DNA of 38,629 nucleotides from a virus (Duplodnaviria; Caudoviricetes), in the IMG/VR virus record IMGVR_UViG_3300037991_005512, positions 1 through 38,629 of that record; one strand, written 5' to 3'. The notes beneath the pieces were generated by a model. That model was not told the DNA's origin. It did not search any database and saw only the letters and a list, made by a program, of their open reading frames with translations. Shown here one piece after another: positions 28,832 to 38,629 of the stretch; position 1 is the first letter of the stretch; every line of letters starts with the position of its first letter. The position numbers were made by a program, and so were the translations under genes.

Positions 28832-31800
28832 TAGTATCCTGATCCACTACTGCCGGTGCTTGAACCGGAACCTGATGTAGTAGAGCCTGATACCGCTGAA
28901 CCTGTTGTGGTGTTAGTCGTGGCAGTTGATGTTGATGTGACCACAGTGCCTGATGCTTCCAATTGGTTGGCTCCAAGTGCTGTGATTATAGACACATCAT
29001 CAACGGTGGCCCCACTGATGAAAATCTCGTCCGCCGCTGAGTTTATCTGGAACAGAGACCCAAAAGTCTGTCCTGACTCGTTTGGCACAATCACAACTGT
29101 AAGTAGGTCTGGTGCTAGTTCATTGTGAATGTAAGCGGCTAATTCTGTAAAATAAAAAGTATCTCCAAAGTCCCAATTGTCTAAAGCAAAAAATTCATTT
29201 ATTGCCGAAATAACTCTCGTCTTAATGACGGCATCTGAAATGTTTGTTTTAGGATTTTTGACAACCTTGAAAGTTGCTTGTAGTTGCTCATCTGCATTCG
29301 TGCCAAACAACACTTTATATTTCACTGGATGGTATATGATCTGATCTGAAAGTGATTTTAAAGGATTCAACGTGCCTGAATAGTTTATCCGCAGTTGATC
29401 CGATGTAGACACTGTAGGTTTAACACCACTTTCTTGTAACCATATTCTAAATAAATTGTCATACGTTCTCTCCAATAGGTACACATCCACTATGTTTGAA
29501 ACACTTGGATCAATCCTTGTTTCTTGTCCAGCATGATGTTTGTATTGGAAATCGATAGAACTTCTACCTCGTCTTGCATAGTAGTCAGTTGTGGTTGTCA
29601 ACGTGTTTGTAGTAGAATTGTATTTTTTCACAACGTCCTCAGCACTGTCATAGAAGTAAAATAATTGATTGTTGTCATAACTTGTTGTGTTTAGATTTAT
29701 GTCTGTCTCTTTCTCTGAAACTACAAAGTTTGTTGCCGCATACGGTCTGTATCTTTCTATGTTGTCATATGAAAGATACTTTTCAAAGAATACAAATTTA
29801 GTTGATACAGATGTGTCTGGTTCAACAAATATATCAAACAGTTCAGGATTATCCACCACACCGTCGTCATCGTTATCCAAGAATCCAACTTTAATTTTTC
29901 TGTTGTCCTGGAAGCCGTCTGCTTCAGTGACCGTGTCAGTAACTTCCCAAGTAATAGGATAACCTATACTGTTCCCTGTAGACACTATGCTGTTTGTCTT
30001 CAATATCTTGACTGTGTCTTTAACTGCCTTTCCAGTCTTGTAGTCATAAATTTTTTCTTCTGCATCGTAATGAAATTTATTTTGTGCTTCTGACTCAAAA
30101 ATGTATTCCATTTTTCTGTAAGTGACAGTGTACGTGTTGCCGTCATTTGAAAACTTGAACCACCAACTAGCATCTAAATTAGCACCTGTTGTATCACCTT
30201 GGTTGGTAAGACTGAACACGGAACTTGTACTGAGGTTAGAACTTGTGATAACTCTCCATTCTTCCGACTCAATGTCATATCTTAATCCAAAGTCCTCATA
30301 ATTTTCAACCCTGTCTAGGATGTTTCCTTCTAGTGTTGTTGAGAATGACGTCGTAAAATTAGGTATAACAGACTCTAGTTTTGCACCATTTGGAACTATG
30401 TCACTCAAAGTTATTGGACCAAGTCCAGAGGAAAGATTTCCTACTCCGCCGTTTGAACCATCGCCAACAACAGCAGAAATCTTTGCCCATTTCCTATCTT
30501 CGGCATTTTCTGTGCCTGCTGTCACAAACTTACCATTTAAAAATTCCCTTGTGTCTGGAGAAGTAAACTTGACAATGGCACCTGCTTTTGCGTATTTCAA
30601 ATTAGATGTAGCAGAGTCACCTGTTGCAAGAGCTCCGCCAGATGTAAAAAATCCTGTGTTGGTGTTTGTAGTTGTGGTTGTTGAATTCCACGTGGCAGTA
30701 AGTGATGTCAGACTTTGTGTGTCATACTTGTCATAGTAAAACTGTCTTGAATAAGCGTTCTTCAACTTATCTTCAACTTTTGTGTCTAGCGTTGACTGTA
30801 TATCACTCCTGTTATTGAAAGTGAAAGTGAAAGTGGGTTTGGTTTCCTCTTTGTAAAGTATTCCGTCTTCGGCAAATACACTGACGTTAGAATATGCTCC
30901 TGTAGGATCTACAACTTCTTTAGCCCTGCTGATACCTGATGCTGTTCTGTTCACAGATCGTACTTTAACAATCTCCTGTGACGCAGATAACGGAACCACC
31001 TGATAATCCTCTGCTGTGATCATCCTATTTTGTGAATAGTAAACCTGTCCGGCTTTTTCCTTTATAGAATCATTTGACTCAGTGGCCGCCGCGTTGTAGA
31101 CGCTCGCCTTCAAACTTACGCTCATGCTCAATGTCTGTTGTCCACCATTGGCATCTGTGTAAGGCACAGTCAACTGTATGCCTTGCATGTCAGAAGATTG
31201 TATTGCGTACTTGGCGTTGTCACTTGTTCTGTAGTATGTTCTAAATTGTCCAAGTGGCAAGTTAGAAAAGTTACCATCACCAAACACTAGATCAATCGCG
31301 TCATCGTTCCTTGTGATTACGTTGAAAATATTTCTTTCATCTTTTGCCAATGAATTGTAAATTGCGTTGTTGCCAGACAGAGAAGGGACCTTAGTCCAAG
31401 ACTCTGCCAGTTGTCCAAACTGATCTAACTTGTATAACCATACGTCAGTGTTGTTCACGTTTGGCGTATCAAACTGTTTCACAAAGTTTGTGACCGCTGT
31501 CTCCACAGTAAATTCTGATTGCTGTAGTGTTCCCTGTTTGAATAAGAAGAAAAATCCTGTGTTGTTTGAACTGTCGCCTGAACCATCTGATCTGTAAGTG
31601 TAATTCAGTCCTGTTCCTGTAACAGGCGCGGCTTCATATATTGAGTCGGAATCTGTGATTGTGCTTGAAACAATTTCAAAAGTTCTTGTAACGCCGCCGA
31701 TAGATTTGTTAAATGAAAAAATTGGAACGTCTAATTGGTTTGAACTTAGACCGTACACCTCTGTGGTGATCCCACCTATCTTGCCTGATTCTCTAGGCTT

Positions 31801-32313
31801 TCCAAATAGTTGTCCTGTCTGGTTTGCCGCATTCAATATTGCGATAAACTGTTCCCTGTAATTGGAATTGGCCGAGTCATTCCAAATGATATTTGCGTTA
31901 GCAAGATTTGTACCAGTGCTATCATTGACATCTTGAGTAGTTGTAATAGAATCTACCTTTAAGAGACCAGTCGCTGGTTGATTTCTTTTTGCGTTGTAAT
32001 TTATAAGTCTTGCTAATCTTAATACTGAATTTCTTCTTTCCGCTGTTTCAAGGAAGTTCTCCCTTGCGTTTAGGTCCACCCTGAAAGAAAGAGCCTGTGC
32101 GATGTAGGCAATCAAGTCTATGAGTGCAACGTACTCCGAACTCTCGACGAAATCGTTGAAGTCATCTGGATAATTTTCTTGCAAATAGGCCACCATCGTC
32201 CTACGAAGCGTTTCAAAGTCATAACTCTTGAAATCTGCCTGTTGGAAAGCCTGGTAGATCTTTCTCCAATCTTCCGCTACTAATAATCTATTCTGTCTAT
32301 CTGTTGTGGCCAT
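28831..32313 (-). CDS. gp6: Baseplate wedge protein, T4 gp6 / P2 gpJ-like (1160 aa)
   Basis: [27 protein letters not shown]...[37 protein letters not shown]...[12 protein letters not shown] and a C-terminal [17 protein letters not shown]. Follows gp25. Confidence 0.85.
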   Translation of the reverse strand: MATTDRQNRLLVAEDWRKIYQAFQQADFKSYDFETLRRTMVAYLQENYPDDFNDFVESSEYVALIDLIAYIAQALSFRVDLNARENFLETAERRNSVLRLARLINYNAKRNQPATGLLKVDSITTTQDVNDSTGTNLANANIIWNDSANSNYREQFIAILNAANQTGQLFGKPRESGKIGGITTEVYGLSSNQLDVPIFSFNKSIGGVTRTFEIVSSTITDSDSIYEAAPVTGTGLNYTYRSDGSGDSSNNTGFFFLFKQGTLQQSEFTVETAVTNFVKQFDTPNVNNTDVWLYKLDQFGQLAESWTKVPSLSGNNAIYNSLAKDERNIFNVITRNDDAIDLVFGDGNFSNLPLGQFRTYYRTSDNAKYAIQSSDMQGIQLTVPYTDANGGQQTLSMSVSLKASVYNAAATESNDSIKEKAGQVYYSQNRMITAEDYQVVPLSASQEIVKVRSVNRTASGISRAKEVVDPTGAYSNVSVFAEDGILYKEETKPTFTFTFNNRSDIQSTLDTKVEDKLKNAYSRQFYYDKYDTQSLTSLTATWNSTTTTTNTNTGFFTSGGALATGDSATSNLKYAKAGAIVKFTSPDTREFLNGKFVTAGTENAEDRKWAKISAVVGDGSNGGVGNLSSGLGPITLSDIVPNGAKLESVIPNFTTSFSTTLEGNILDRVENYEDFGLRYDIESEEWRVITSSNLSTSSVFSLTNQGDTTGANLDASWWFKFSNDGNTYTVTYRKMEYIFESEAQNKFHYDAEEKIYDYKTGKAVKDTVKILKTNSIVSTGNSIGYPITWEVTDTVTEADGFQDNRKIKVGFLDNDDDGVVDNPELFDIFVEPDTSVSTKFVFFEKYLSYDNIERYRPYAATNFVVSEKETDINLNTTSYDNNQLFYFYDSAEDVVKKYNSTTNTLTTTTDYYARRGRSSIDFQYKHHAGQETRIDPSVSNIVDVYLLERTYDNLFRIWLQESGVKPTVSTSDQLRINYSGTLNPLKSLSDQIIYHPVKYKVLFGTNADEQLQATFKVVKNPKTNISDAVIKTRVISAINEFFALDNWDFGDTFYFTELAAYIHNELAPDLLTVVIVPNESGQTFGSLFQINSAADEIFISGATVDDVSIITALGANQLEASGTVVTSTSTATTNTTTGSAVSGSTTSGSGSSTGSSGSGY

Positions 32314-32327
32314 ACTGTTTGTAAGGG

Positions 32328-32335
32328 TATTTATA
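32328..32335 (-). promoter_or_regulatory. T4-type late promoter TATAAATA
   Basis: Exact T4 gp55 late consensus on the minus strand in the gp25-gp6 gap, 14 nt before the gp6 ATG. Confidence 0.7.
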
Positions 32336-32355
32336 TACTAAATTAAGTGCGTACT

Positions 32356-32772
32356 TTAAGATAGGCGCAACAACGAATTTTCATCGAAATTGAACCGTAA
32401 CTTCTCTGTGATATTCAGGGGCACATACTTGATAGTTGCCTGGATTGCTATCCCCCTGTCTGCCTCTGACACAAGGATCTCTTCTGTGGCTATCCGTGGA
32501 TCTGCGTTAAGATTTGCTGTGACGTCGTCGACTATGGCGTCTTTGAGTGCTTCTGTGAATGGTTCAAATATTGCATCGTATATTATTGTGCCAAACTCTG
32601 GATTCTCCACCCTTTCGCCTTTACGCACACTCAACCTGTTGATGAGATCTTGCTTGGCGACTTCGAAGTCATAAAGTTTGAAGTTCTTTTTGTCCGCTCG
32701 TGAACTGAAACCCTTGAAGGTTACTGAACCGTTACCCGGTGCGCCTGATCCTCCTCCACTTCCGTATGCCAT
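32356..32772 (-). CDS. gp25: Baseplate wedge subunit / sheath initiator, T4 gp25-like (138 aa)
   Basis: FKGFSS, LYD..VAKQDLINRLSVRKGERVENPEFGTII...FEP...DPRI is the gp25/GPW signature. Confidence 0.9.
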   Translation of the reverse strand: MAYGSGGGSGAPGNGSVTFKGFSSRADKKNFKLYDFEVAKQDLINRLSVRKGERVENPEFGTIIYDAIFEPFTEALKDAIVDDVTANLNADPRIATEEILVSEADRGIAIQATIKYVPLNITEKLRFNFDENSLLRLS

Positions 32773-35249
32773 TAGTTTAATCTCCTAAATTCAACATCTA
32801 CTTTACTGTAATCAACAGCGTAATATCCATAGTCGGTCATGTGTCTTGCCCATGGGACTTCCTGTGCCATGACACCAATATACCTTCCTGGTATTTGATA
32901 GTATTTAAACGAATAAATGTTTATTCCCGATGGTGATTTTCCAACCAATCTTATGTCCTCTTTGAGTCTCCTATCGCTGAACTTGAATCCACCGAAAAAG
33001 TTTTTGACTGCGCCACCTATATTTCCTAGGTTGACTTTCAAGTTGGTGCCCACATTCTGCAGGAACGTCTGTCCTCCCAACTGTGCGTCCATGGCATTAT
33101 AAAGTCCTGCCTTGCTGGCTAGGTTTTTCACACTGTCGATTCCCACTATCTTACCTCCAACCACGCTTGAATAGTTCTTAGTGATGCTGTTTAGGTTGGC
33201 TATGGTTCCCACCACGTTGCCAGACGACAGGTTACCTTTAAGACCTTCCACTGCGTGTAGTGACCTGTTGGCAATGTCCAGTTGGCTTGTAGCCGTGGAT
33301 ATTGAGTTGCCCACGTTGTCCTTCAATGCGAACAGTTTGCCTGCTTCGTTCACAAACACGTTGTCCTTGAACAGTTCCGTGCTCTTGCCTGAAAATTTTT
33401 CAACAACTTGCGATGTTAGAGTGCTGGTGAGATTTTTGATGTCAGAATTGAATTCTATGCCTTTGACCTTTTCTGAAATGCTGTCTTTTATGTCGAAAGG
33501 TAAGTTCACCTTTTTCGTTATGCCATATATGTCATTGTACTTGATTCCAAAATCAGTCAATAACTTCTTGGCCTTGATCACATTGGTGCTGTCACCTATT
33601 TTCTTTTGTACATATTTCAGTGCGTCTGCTTGGTACTGTGCGTCTCTGATCGCACTGTTGGCGTCCAACCTGTTCTGGTGCCTTAAAAATTCTGGAGTGC
33701 CAGGTGTGTTTGCGGCCTTGCTCCATTGTTTCTTGTCGTCCGCGTCCACGGGTATCACAGCATCACTATCTATCACAGTGGCACGGAACATGGGTTCGTG
33801 CGTTACTAATCTGTGTACCGTGGTCTTGGTCTTCCTTGTGAATTCCTGTAATGGTTTGAGTCCTTTCTGTGCAAGTTCGACATCACCCTCCTCTCGGATA
33901 TCGAGTCCAACTTTTTTCGCGTCCAACCAATGTGGACCCCATCTGGCTATTCCCTGCTCGCCATCATCACCCACGCCCTGCATGGGCAGGTTTAGATCTA
34001 TCCTGGCTCCTTGTAGGTGAAACTGTCCCAAGGCACCGTGTAGTTGTGCACCTGGTGTGTATGAACTAATCGAGTTAAGAGCGTAATTCTGTATTCCACC
34101 TGCGGGAGAACTTTGTAGTACACCTTTTTCTCCCACTGTCAATATGGCGTCCGCACTCTGTATCATCTCCCTGGCAGAACTCATCCTGATCTGTCCGTTG
34201 GCGTGCATGTTTATATTGGAGTCTGAGTGGAGATTGAAGTCTCCTTCTGTTCTAAGATTTAAACCACCAACTCCAGAATAAACATCGATCCGACCGTTCG
34301 CCTGCATTTCTATATAGGCGTTTCCAGATCCATTCGCTATGTACACCACACCTTGTGTGTCATGCATTAACAATTGATGTCCTGATGCTGTACGTAATCT
34401 TGTCAGTTGGTTTAGGCCATTTACATCTCCGTCGTCCATCACAAACGTGTGACCAATCTTCCTGGTCACGAAATCCTGCTTCTTAGAATCTTTTGTGCCC
34501 ACGTTCTGTTTCGTGGTACTGGTGTCTTTTGGTCCTGGTGTGCTTATGCCAAAAACTTGACTGGGAGTTTCTCTCCTAGCAGAACTGCTTGTAGTACCCC
34601 TGACTTCGTCTGCGGATAAGCCTTGTTTCAAAAGCACCTCCGCCAATGGGTGTATTGGTTTATTAAATGAACCATAGTTCAATGCAGGATTTGAAGCCGG
34701 GTTCTGCCTGTTGACTTCACCAGATGGCACATTTTTAGTTCCGTAAGTGGATTGTTTGTCCTCCTGGAAACCAGCATCTGCACCTGTAAACGTGCCGTCA
34801 AGGCTGTCATGTGTCTTTTCGCTTGATGCGATACCTGGTACCATGTGATTAGTGACAGGTTCCTGCACACAACCTATCCAGAACGCCTGATCCATTTTGC
34901 CTTCAGCAAATATTACAAGTACCCTGGTGCCTATGTCAGGTGGCACCGCCCAGAAACCATAACTGTGTTGGCTGTCCTTGTAGTCGGTTGATCCAGGTAT
35001 AGAATATTTCACGTCCTTAGCACCATAGAATGGTGAAAGGTACTCACACGTGATGAGATTGCCACCTATGGGATCCGCTGTTTTGCTGAGAGCAGGAATG
35101 TTTACCTGCAGTCTCCCCATCCTCAGAGGATCCACGTTGCCCTTCACCACACCGATGTACGGACCTGGCTGAGTGTCTGACCAGGACTTGTCTGTGCCTG
35201 GTGGCTTGGAGGTTGATGCGTGTCCTTTTAAATAATCATGCAAAGCCAT
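32772..35249 (-). CDS. gp5: Central spike / baseplate hub protein, T4 gp5 / VgrG-like (825 aa), with a C-terminal Peptidase_S74 intramolecular chaperone
   Basis: OB-fold GPYIGVVKGNVDPLRMGRLQV...YGFWAVPPDIGTRVLVIF, beta-helix repeats (GHTFVMDD, RTASGHQLLMHD, NLRTEGDFNLHSD) and C-terminal FSDRRLKEDI...IYSFKY...GVMAQEV...VDYSK. Confidence 0.8.
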   Translation of the reverse strand: MALHDYLKGHASTSKPPGTDKSWSDTQPGPYIGVVKGNVDPLRMGRLQVNIPALSKTADPIGGNLITCEYLSPFYGAKDVKYSIPGSTDYKDSQHSYGFWAVPPDIGTRVLVIFAEGKMDQAFWIGCVQEPVTNHMVPGIASSEKTHDSLDGTFTGADAGFQEDKQSTYGTKNVPSGEVNRQNPASNPALNYGSFNKPIHPLAEVLLKQGLSADEVRGTTSSSARRETPSQVFGISTPGPKDTSTTKQNVGTKDSKKQDFVTRKIGHTFVMDDGDVNGLNQLTRLRTASGHQLLMHDTQGVVYIANGSGNAYIEMQANGRIDVYSGVGGLNLRTEGDFNLHSDSNINMHANGQIRMSSAREMIQSADAILTVGEKGVLQSSPAGGIQNYALNSISSYTPGAQLHGALGQFHLQGARIDLNLPMQGVGDDGEQGIARWGPHWLDAKKVGLDIREEGDVELAQKGLKPLQEFTRKTKTTVHRLVTHEPMFRATVIDSDAVIPVDADDKKQWSKAANTPGTPEFLRHQNRLDANSAIRDAQYQADALKYVQKKIGDSTNVIKAKKLLTDFGIKYNDIYGITKKVNLPFDIKDSISEKVKGIEFNSDIKNLTSTLTSQVVEKFSGKSTELFKDNVFVNEAGKLFALKDNVGNSISTATSQLDIANRSLHAVEGLKGNLSSGNVVGTIANLNSITKNYSSVVGGKIVGIDSVKNLASKAGLYNAMDAQLGGQTFLQNVGTNLKVNLGNIGGAVKNFFGGFKFSDRRLKEDIRLVGKSPSGINIYSFKYYQIPGRYIGVMAQEVPWARHMTDYGYYAVDYSKVDVEFRRLN

Positions 35250-37381
35250 TATGCCATCCCGTCATTTTCTCTAATTTTCCAAATGTTTTCTATCTCACGT
35301 GATAACTGCATTGGATTTTTCACATTAGTTATTACACCGTCTTTCTTGACTATTTTTTCATTGCTTGTCTTTGTTACTGGTAGATCCTGGTTGTTAAACC
35401 TTACCAGTGTGAGTGTCTGTGTGAACTGTCCATTGGTAAAACTGTGCTCAACCTGTGGTACCGTGTAGAGGCCAGTGAACACTGCTTTCTGCTCTGAGGA
35501 CAATTCATATACTCCTGTGGTGTCATTGAAGTCTTGCGGTGTCTTGAAAGTCAAGTTTATCACAGGCTCCGCCACATCATAGTTGAAACATTTGAGATTG
35601 GGGTTCCAGATGTTGTCCTTCTCACCACCCCTGAAAAAATCTATGTTGTTGTCTGTGCTACTACCGTTGGAGTTTTCAGGTGTTGCGGGAATGAATTGAC
35701 TCTGTCCCAACCATGCTGGATCTCCCAGTATCTGCATCCGTATCACGACCATGTCTGCTGTTGGATTTGTGATTGCGTCAAAGAACTGATCTAATCTGTT
35801 GTCTCCCTTGGCTGTCCTGTTCGTTTTCGTTGACTGTGCTACAGATACACCACTTTGTAGCGGTAGTAGAGCGTCCGCAAAAGGATGCCTGTTCGACGGT
35901 GTGCCTGTGTCTTCTGACACAGCATCCTTGGTGTTTGAAAATGACCTGGCCTCAGTGGCCTCGAGATCTTTCAGACGTGACTGGAAGTATGCCACCTTGT
36001 AATTGATTGCTAGGTCTTGTATGTCAAGGTTGTCGCCTGTGAAAATGTAATTGTATGCCTTGGCCACATAACTCTGATAATTCTTGTCTTGGTGTATGCC
36101 AGCGGTAGCCAATCTGTAGGCACTGATGTAGTAAGGTTCCACCACGATCCTTATTATCTTGGCGTTTGTTTGCCGTATCTCGTCAAAATTTTCTGTTGGT
36201 TCCACACTTGTCCTGATCCTGAAATATTTGAAATACGTTGACAATCCATCGTTGGGATCAAACTTATCTGTACCACCCTTGGTCACGGCAGTCTGCCATT
36301 CATCAAAACTCTTGGCTCCATACTTGGGGTGGGTTTTCATCAGGTTTTCCAATATAAGCAATATGTTGTCTGATGATGAGAATTTTATGAATTCCATTGT
36401 GAACTCTTCCTCACCTACTTCCTGTTGCACCACCCTTTTTTCTACCATTCCCGCTTGTGACATTTGTTCGTACGAAAGTGCGTACTGCGGATCTAGTTCC
36501 TTGCTTATTGATATGTCATACACGTCAGGATACTGATTGAACTTTGCGACCTTCTCCTGCTCGTTCTGGTCATTCAAAATCCTTTGTAAATCTTGCACAG
36601 CATCTGCAAACGTCTTGGTTATAGATTTGAGAGTTCCACTGGTCCTGGGATACATGAAGTTGTTGACCAACCCGAACTCATTGTAAGGCACTGCCTTGAT
36701 GCTGTAGTATGAACCACCTTGGTTGACGTCTATGTCCATTGTTATCAATTTAACGGGAATAACCCTCTTAACATATTCATTTTTTTCTTTCACTGCTTGG
36801 CCGTTCTCGTCAAAACCTTTGAACTCAACAGTGAGCAGGTATGGTGCGTCCAAGTGATCCAAGAATCCGTTATTGGCCGCCGCCGCTTTTACTTTCTCTA
36901 TCAGAGTGATACCAGCAGGTTCCACCAATTCCATCATGATGTTGGTCACACTGGCCAAACGTCTACTGGCGTTGTATCCTGGCACTGAAGTCATCTCTAC
37001 ATTTCTAAAGTACAGATCATTGCTTTTTTGAAATTCAGTTGAAGCACGACCTAACGAATCTCTTATTGCTTTGTTGTTTTGAATTAATTTTTTTGATTCT
37101 TCTGTGAATTGATTTTCTTGCTCAAATGGTGGTTTATCATTCCTGTTAGCATCAGGACCAATACCACCACTCCTTGCTATTATGTCATGAGGTGCACTTT
37201 TAAAGAACAGTTTGGGATTCCTTATCTCCCTACTGCTCAGTGCTGACAAAGTGAATATGGTGTTGTATGATGCAAATTGGTGAAGTACGTTTGGGTCTGG
37301 ATTCAGGGGAAGTTCTTTTGTGCTTTCCTTCCTGGCGTACTGGGCTCCCTCATAGACGCTAGATCCTTTTTTCTTTGCCAT
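35249..37381 (-). CDS. Baseplate hub protein, gp27/gpD-like (710 aa)
   Basis: NVLHQFASYN, EPAG.TL, APYLLTVEFKG, MQILGDPAW and terminal GLY.V..VEHSFTNGQFTQTLTLVR, typical of hub proteins. Located between the LysM-like and spike genes. Confidence 0.7.
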   Translation of the reverse strand: MAKKKGSSVYEGAQYARKESTKELPLNPDPNVLHQFASYNTIFTLSALSSREIRNPKLFFKSAPHDIIARSGGIGPDANRNDKPPFEQENQFTEESKKLIQNNKAIRDSLGRASTEFQKSNDLYFRNVEMTSVPGYNASRRLASVTNIMMELVEPAGITLIEKVKAAAANNGFLDHLDAPYLLTVEFKGFDENGQAVKEKNEYVKRVIPVKLITMDIDVNQGGSYYSIKAVPYNEFGLVNNFMYPRTSGTLKSITKTFADAVQDLQRILNDQNEQEKVAKFNQYPDVYDISISKELDPQYALSYEQMSQAGMVEKRVVQQEVGEEEFTMEFIKFSSSDNILLILENLMKTHPKYGAKSFDEWQTAVTKGGTDKFDPNDGLSTYFKYFRIRTSVEPTENFDEIRQTNAKIIRIVVEPYYISAYRLATAGIHQDKNYQSYVAKAYNYIFTGDNLDIQDLAINYKVAYFQSRLKDLEATEARSFSNTKDAVSEDTGTPSNRHPFADALLPLQSGVSVAQSTKTNRTAKGDNRLDQFFDAITNPTADMVVIRMQILGDPAWLGQSQFIPATPENSNGSSTDNNIDFFRGGEKDNIWNPNLKCFNYDVAEPVINLTFKTPQDFNDTTGVYELSSEQKAVFTGLYTVPQVEHSFTNGQFTQTLTLVRFNNQDLPVTKTSNEKIVKKDGVITNVKNPMQLSREIENIWKIRENDGMA

Positions 37382-37384
37382 GGA

Positions 37385-37684
37385 TTAGACCCCCAGGTCT
37401 CTGAGCAGGTTTTCTTTTTTAGGCAACTGAACAGTAACTCCTGGTTTGAAATCGTAAATTGGATCTTCTATCTGATCCGGATTACGCTGAGCGAACACCC
37501 ACCATAACCTAGGTGACCCATATAGGTCATATGCCAAAAGGTCTGGCCTGTAGGCATAAGTTCTCTCTATAGTGTATTCTTGGTCATCATCCTCTGCTGT
37601 GATGGTCCTAGGATTGAGGATGTCTAAGAAATCTCCCAACTCTTCTGTTTCAAAATATGGTGATGTGTTAGAGTACTTTGCCAT
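37385..37684 (-). CDS. Baseplate wedge protein, LysM/gp53/gpX-like (99 aa)
   Basis: YTI...YAYRPDLLAYDLYGSPRLWWVFAQRNP...DPIYDF..G..VQLP. Confidence 0.8.
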   Translation of the reverse strand: MAKYSNTSPYFETEELGDFLDILNPRTITAEDDDQEYTIERTYAYRPDLLAYDLYGSPRLWWVFAQRNPDQIEDPIYDFKPGVTVQLPKKENLLRDLGV

Positions 37685-38514
37685 TAAATGAATCCTACCT
37701 CGTTGCCTTTGCCGTTAAGTTCTCCTCTCACGAATTTCTTCATTGAAAAATCACGCACACTTTTCCTGCTGTAGATCGGTGTCAACAACACAGAAATGTT
37801 TGAAAGTGTTGGTGCCCATGTCTGTGATTCTCCTCTTGCAACAGCCGCCGCAAGTGTTGGATCTACCCGTCCCTCTCCGTAGCCTGTCTGGGTCTGTTTT
37901 GTTGATATGTAGTCAATGCCCGGCCTCAATTCAATGTTGAATGTGTTGATAACAACAGGCACCCTGTTGAACATGTGATCACCAAAACCAAAGAAGTGCA
38001 GTATAGGTGGAGGATTGCCTTTGAGACCATCTATGCCTGCTTCAGCACCAAAGAACATCTTTGTTGCGGTCCTTAGGAAATTTACTGTAGCAACCCATTG
38101 CTTGGCGTCTTCTGAATTCTGTACCGGAAACTCTCCAATAACGTTAAAAGAATCAACCTGTGAATTTTGATAAGCCTGATGTGGGTAGTTGCTGTGTACC
38201 TGCTCCATGGCATTGTAATTGGCGGAATGCTGTATAACCACTGCTGGTGTCAAAGGCCAGAATATACCATTACTGTCTTTCAATGGTTCCATCAGCGGAT
38301 TGTTGTCAAAGTCAAAGAACTTTGTAAGTTCGCCATCCGGCACTACAAGCCTCACACGCCAATCTGTCTTGTCGTTCCTTCCAGACCATTTGGCCCTCGC
38401 TTGGGTGATCCTGCTGTCCGTGGAAATACCAGCACCTGTGAGTCTACCTAGAGTCCTGTTGAATATGCCCGATCCAACCTTCTTAACTATTTTTCCTATC
38501 TCGCCGAATGCCAT
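37684..38514 (-). CDS. Baseplate / tail-tube initiator protein, gp48/gp54-like (276 aa)
   Basis: GIFWPLTP...HSANY...HSNY, FLRTATKMFFG, GNPPPILHFFGFGDHMFNRVPVVI and LTPIYSR. First gene of the canonical baseplate block. Confidence 0.65.
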   Translation of the reverse strand: MAFGEIGKIVKKVGSGIFNRTLGRLTGAGISTDSRITQARAKWSGRNDKTDWRVRLVVPDGELTKFFDFDNNPLMEPLKDSNGIFWPLTPAVVIQHSANYNAMEQVHSNYPHQAYQNSQVDSFNVIGEFPVQNSEDAKQWVATVNFLRTATKMFFGAEAGIDGLKGNPPPILHFFGFGDHMFNRVPVVINTFNIELRPGIDYISTKQTQTGYGEGRVDPTLAAAVARGESQTWAPTLSNISVLLTPIYSRKSVRDFSMKKFVRGELNGKGNEVGFI

Positions 38515-38522
38515 TTATGTGG

Positions 38523-38551
38523 TTGCTTTCCTTTGTAAAATTTCGTATACT
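38523..38551 (+). promoter_or_regulatory. Rightward sigma70-type promoter TTGCTT-N17-TATACT, probably serving a gene beyond the window
   Basis: Plus strand TTGCTT TCCTTTGTAAAATTTCG TATACT, with a 17-nt spacer in non-coding DNA. Confidence 0.5.
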
Positions 38552-38558
38552 TTAACTA

Positions 38559-38566
38559 TATTTATA
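38559..38566 (-). promoter_or_regulatory. T4-type late promoter TATAAATA heading the baseplate operon
   Basis: Exact consensus on the minus strand 44 nt upstream of the ATG at 38514, with AAAGGA in the leader. Confidence 0.7.
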
Positions 38567-38629
38567 GGCATTATTTTAGGCGCACTTAATTCACCATACG
38601 GCACGATTCAACAGACCTGTTTGTGGTCA

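Noticed and set aside
33181-34020. 279-aa plus-strand ORF
   Set aside because: It lies wholly antisense to the gp5-like gene and has no recognisable motif. It is best explained as a shadow ORF from codon bias.
32356-38514. Bacterial eCIS, T6SS or tailocin locus instead of a phage
   Set aside because: T4-type late promoters, the giant gp7-like gene, large-phage-style accessory genes and the absence of T6SS membrane or ATPase genes favour a large myophage. Capsid genes are not in the window, so this rests on context.

Overview
This is a 38.6-kb piece of a large contractile-tailed (myo-type, T4-superfamily or jumbo-like) phage genome, with every credible gene on the minus strand. From right to left the baseplate genes follow the usual contractile-injection order: tube initiator, LysM/gp53-like, hub, gp5-like spike with a C-terminal Peptidase_S74 chaperone, gp25, gp6, a 4204-aa gp7-like wedge/adhesin and a further baseplate protein. 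Two paralogous tail-fibre-like genes follow, bracketing a tightly coupled enzyme island of about 9 kb. The island encodes seven Fe(II)/2-oxoglutarate oxygenases (one a TauD-like enzyme with a non-canonical HxH site), two GT-A glycosyltransferases, two SAM methyltransferases, a nitroreductase, a minimal membrane desaturase and a GNAT-like protein. Two more glycosyltransferases lie at the left edge. Several structural genes are preceded by T4-late-like (TA)TAAATA boxes, while the island and left-edge genes have sigma70-type promoters with 17-bp spacers. The strongest unexplained signal is a DGS[T/S] tetrapeptide that occurs about 22 times in the giant baseplate protein, using both Ser codon families and sitting in unrelated domains. 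It may be a modification sequon for the neighbouring enzymes, which is a hypothesis. Functional calls rest on motifs and gene order read by eye; no database searches were run.
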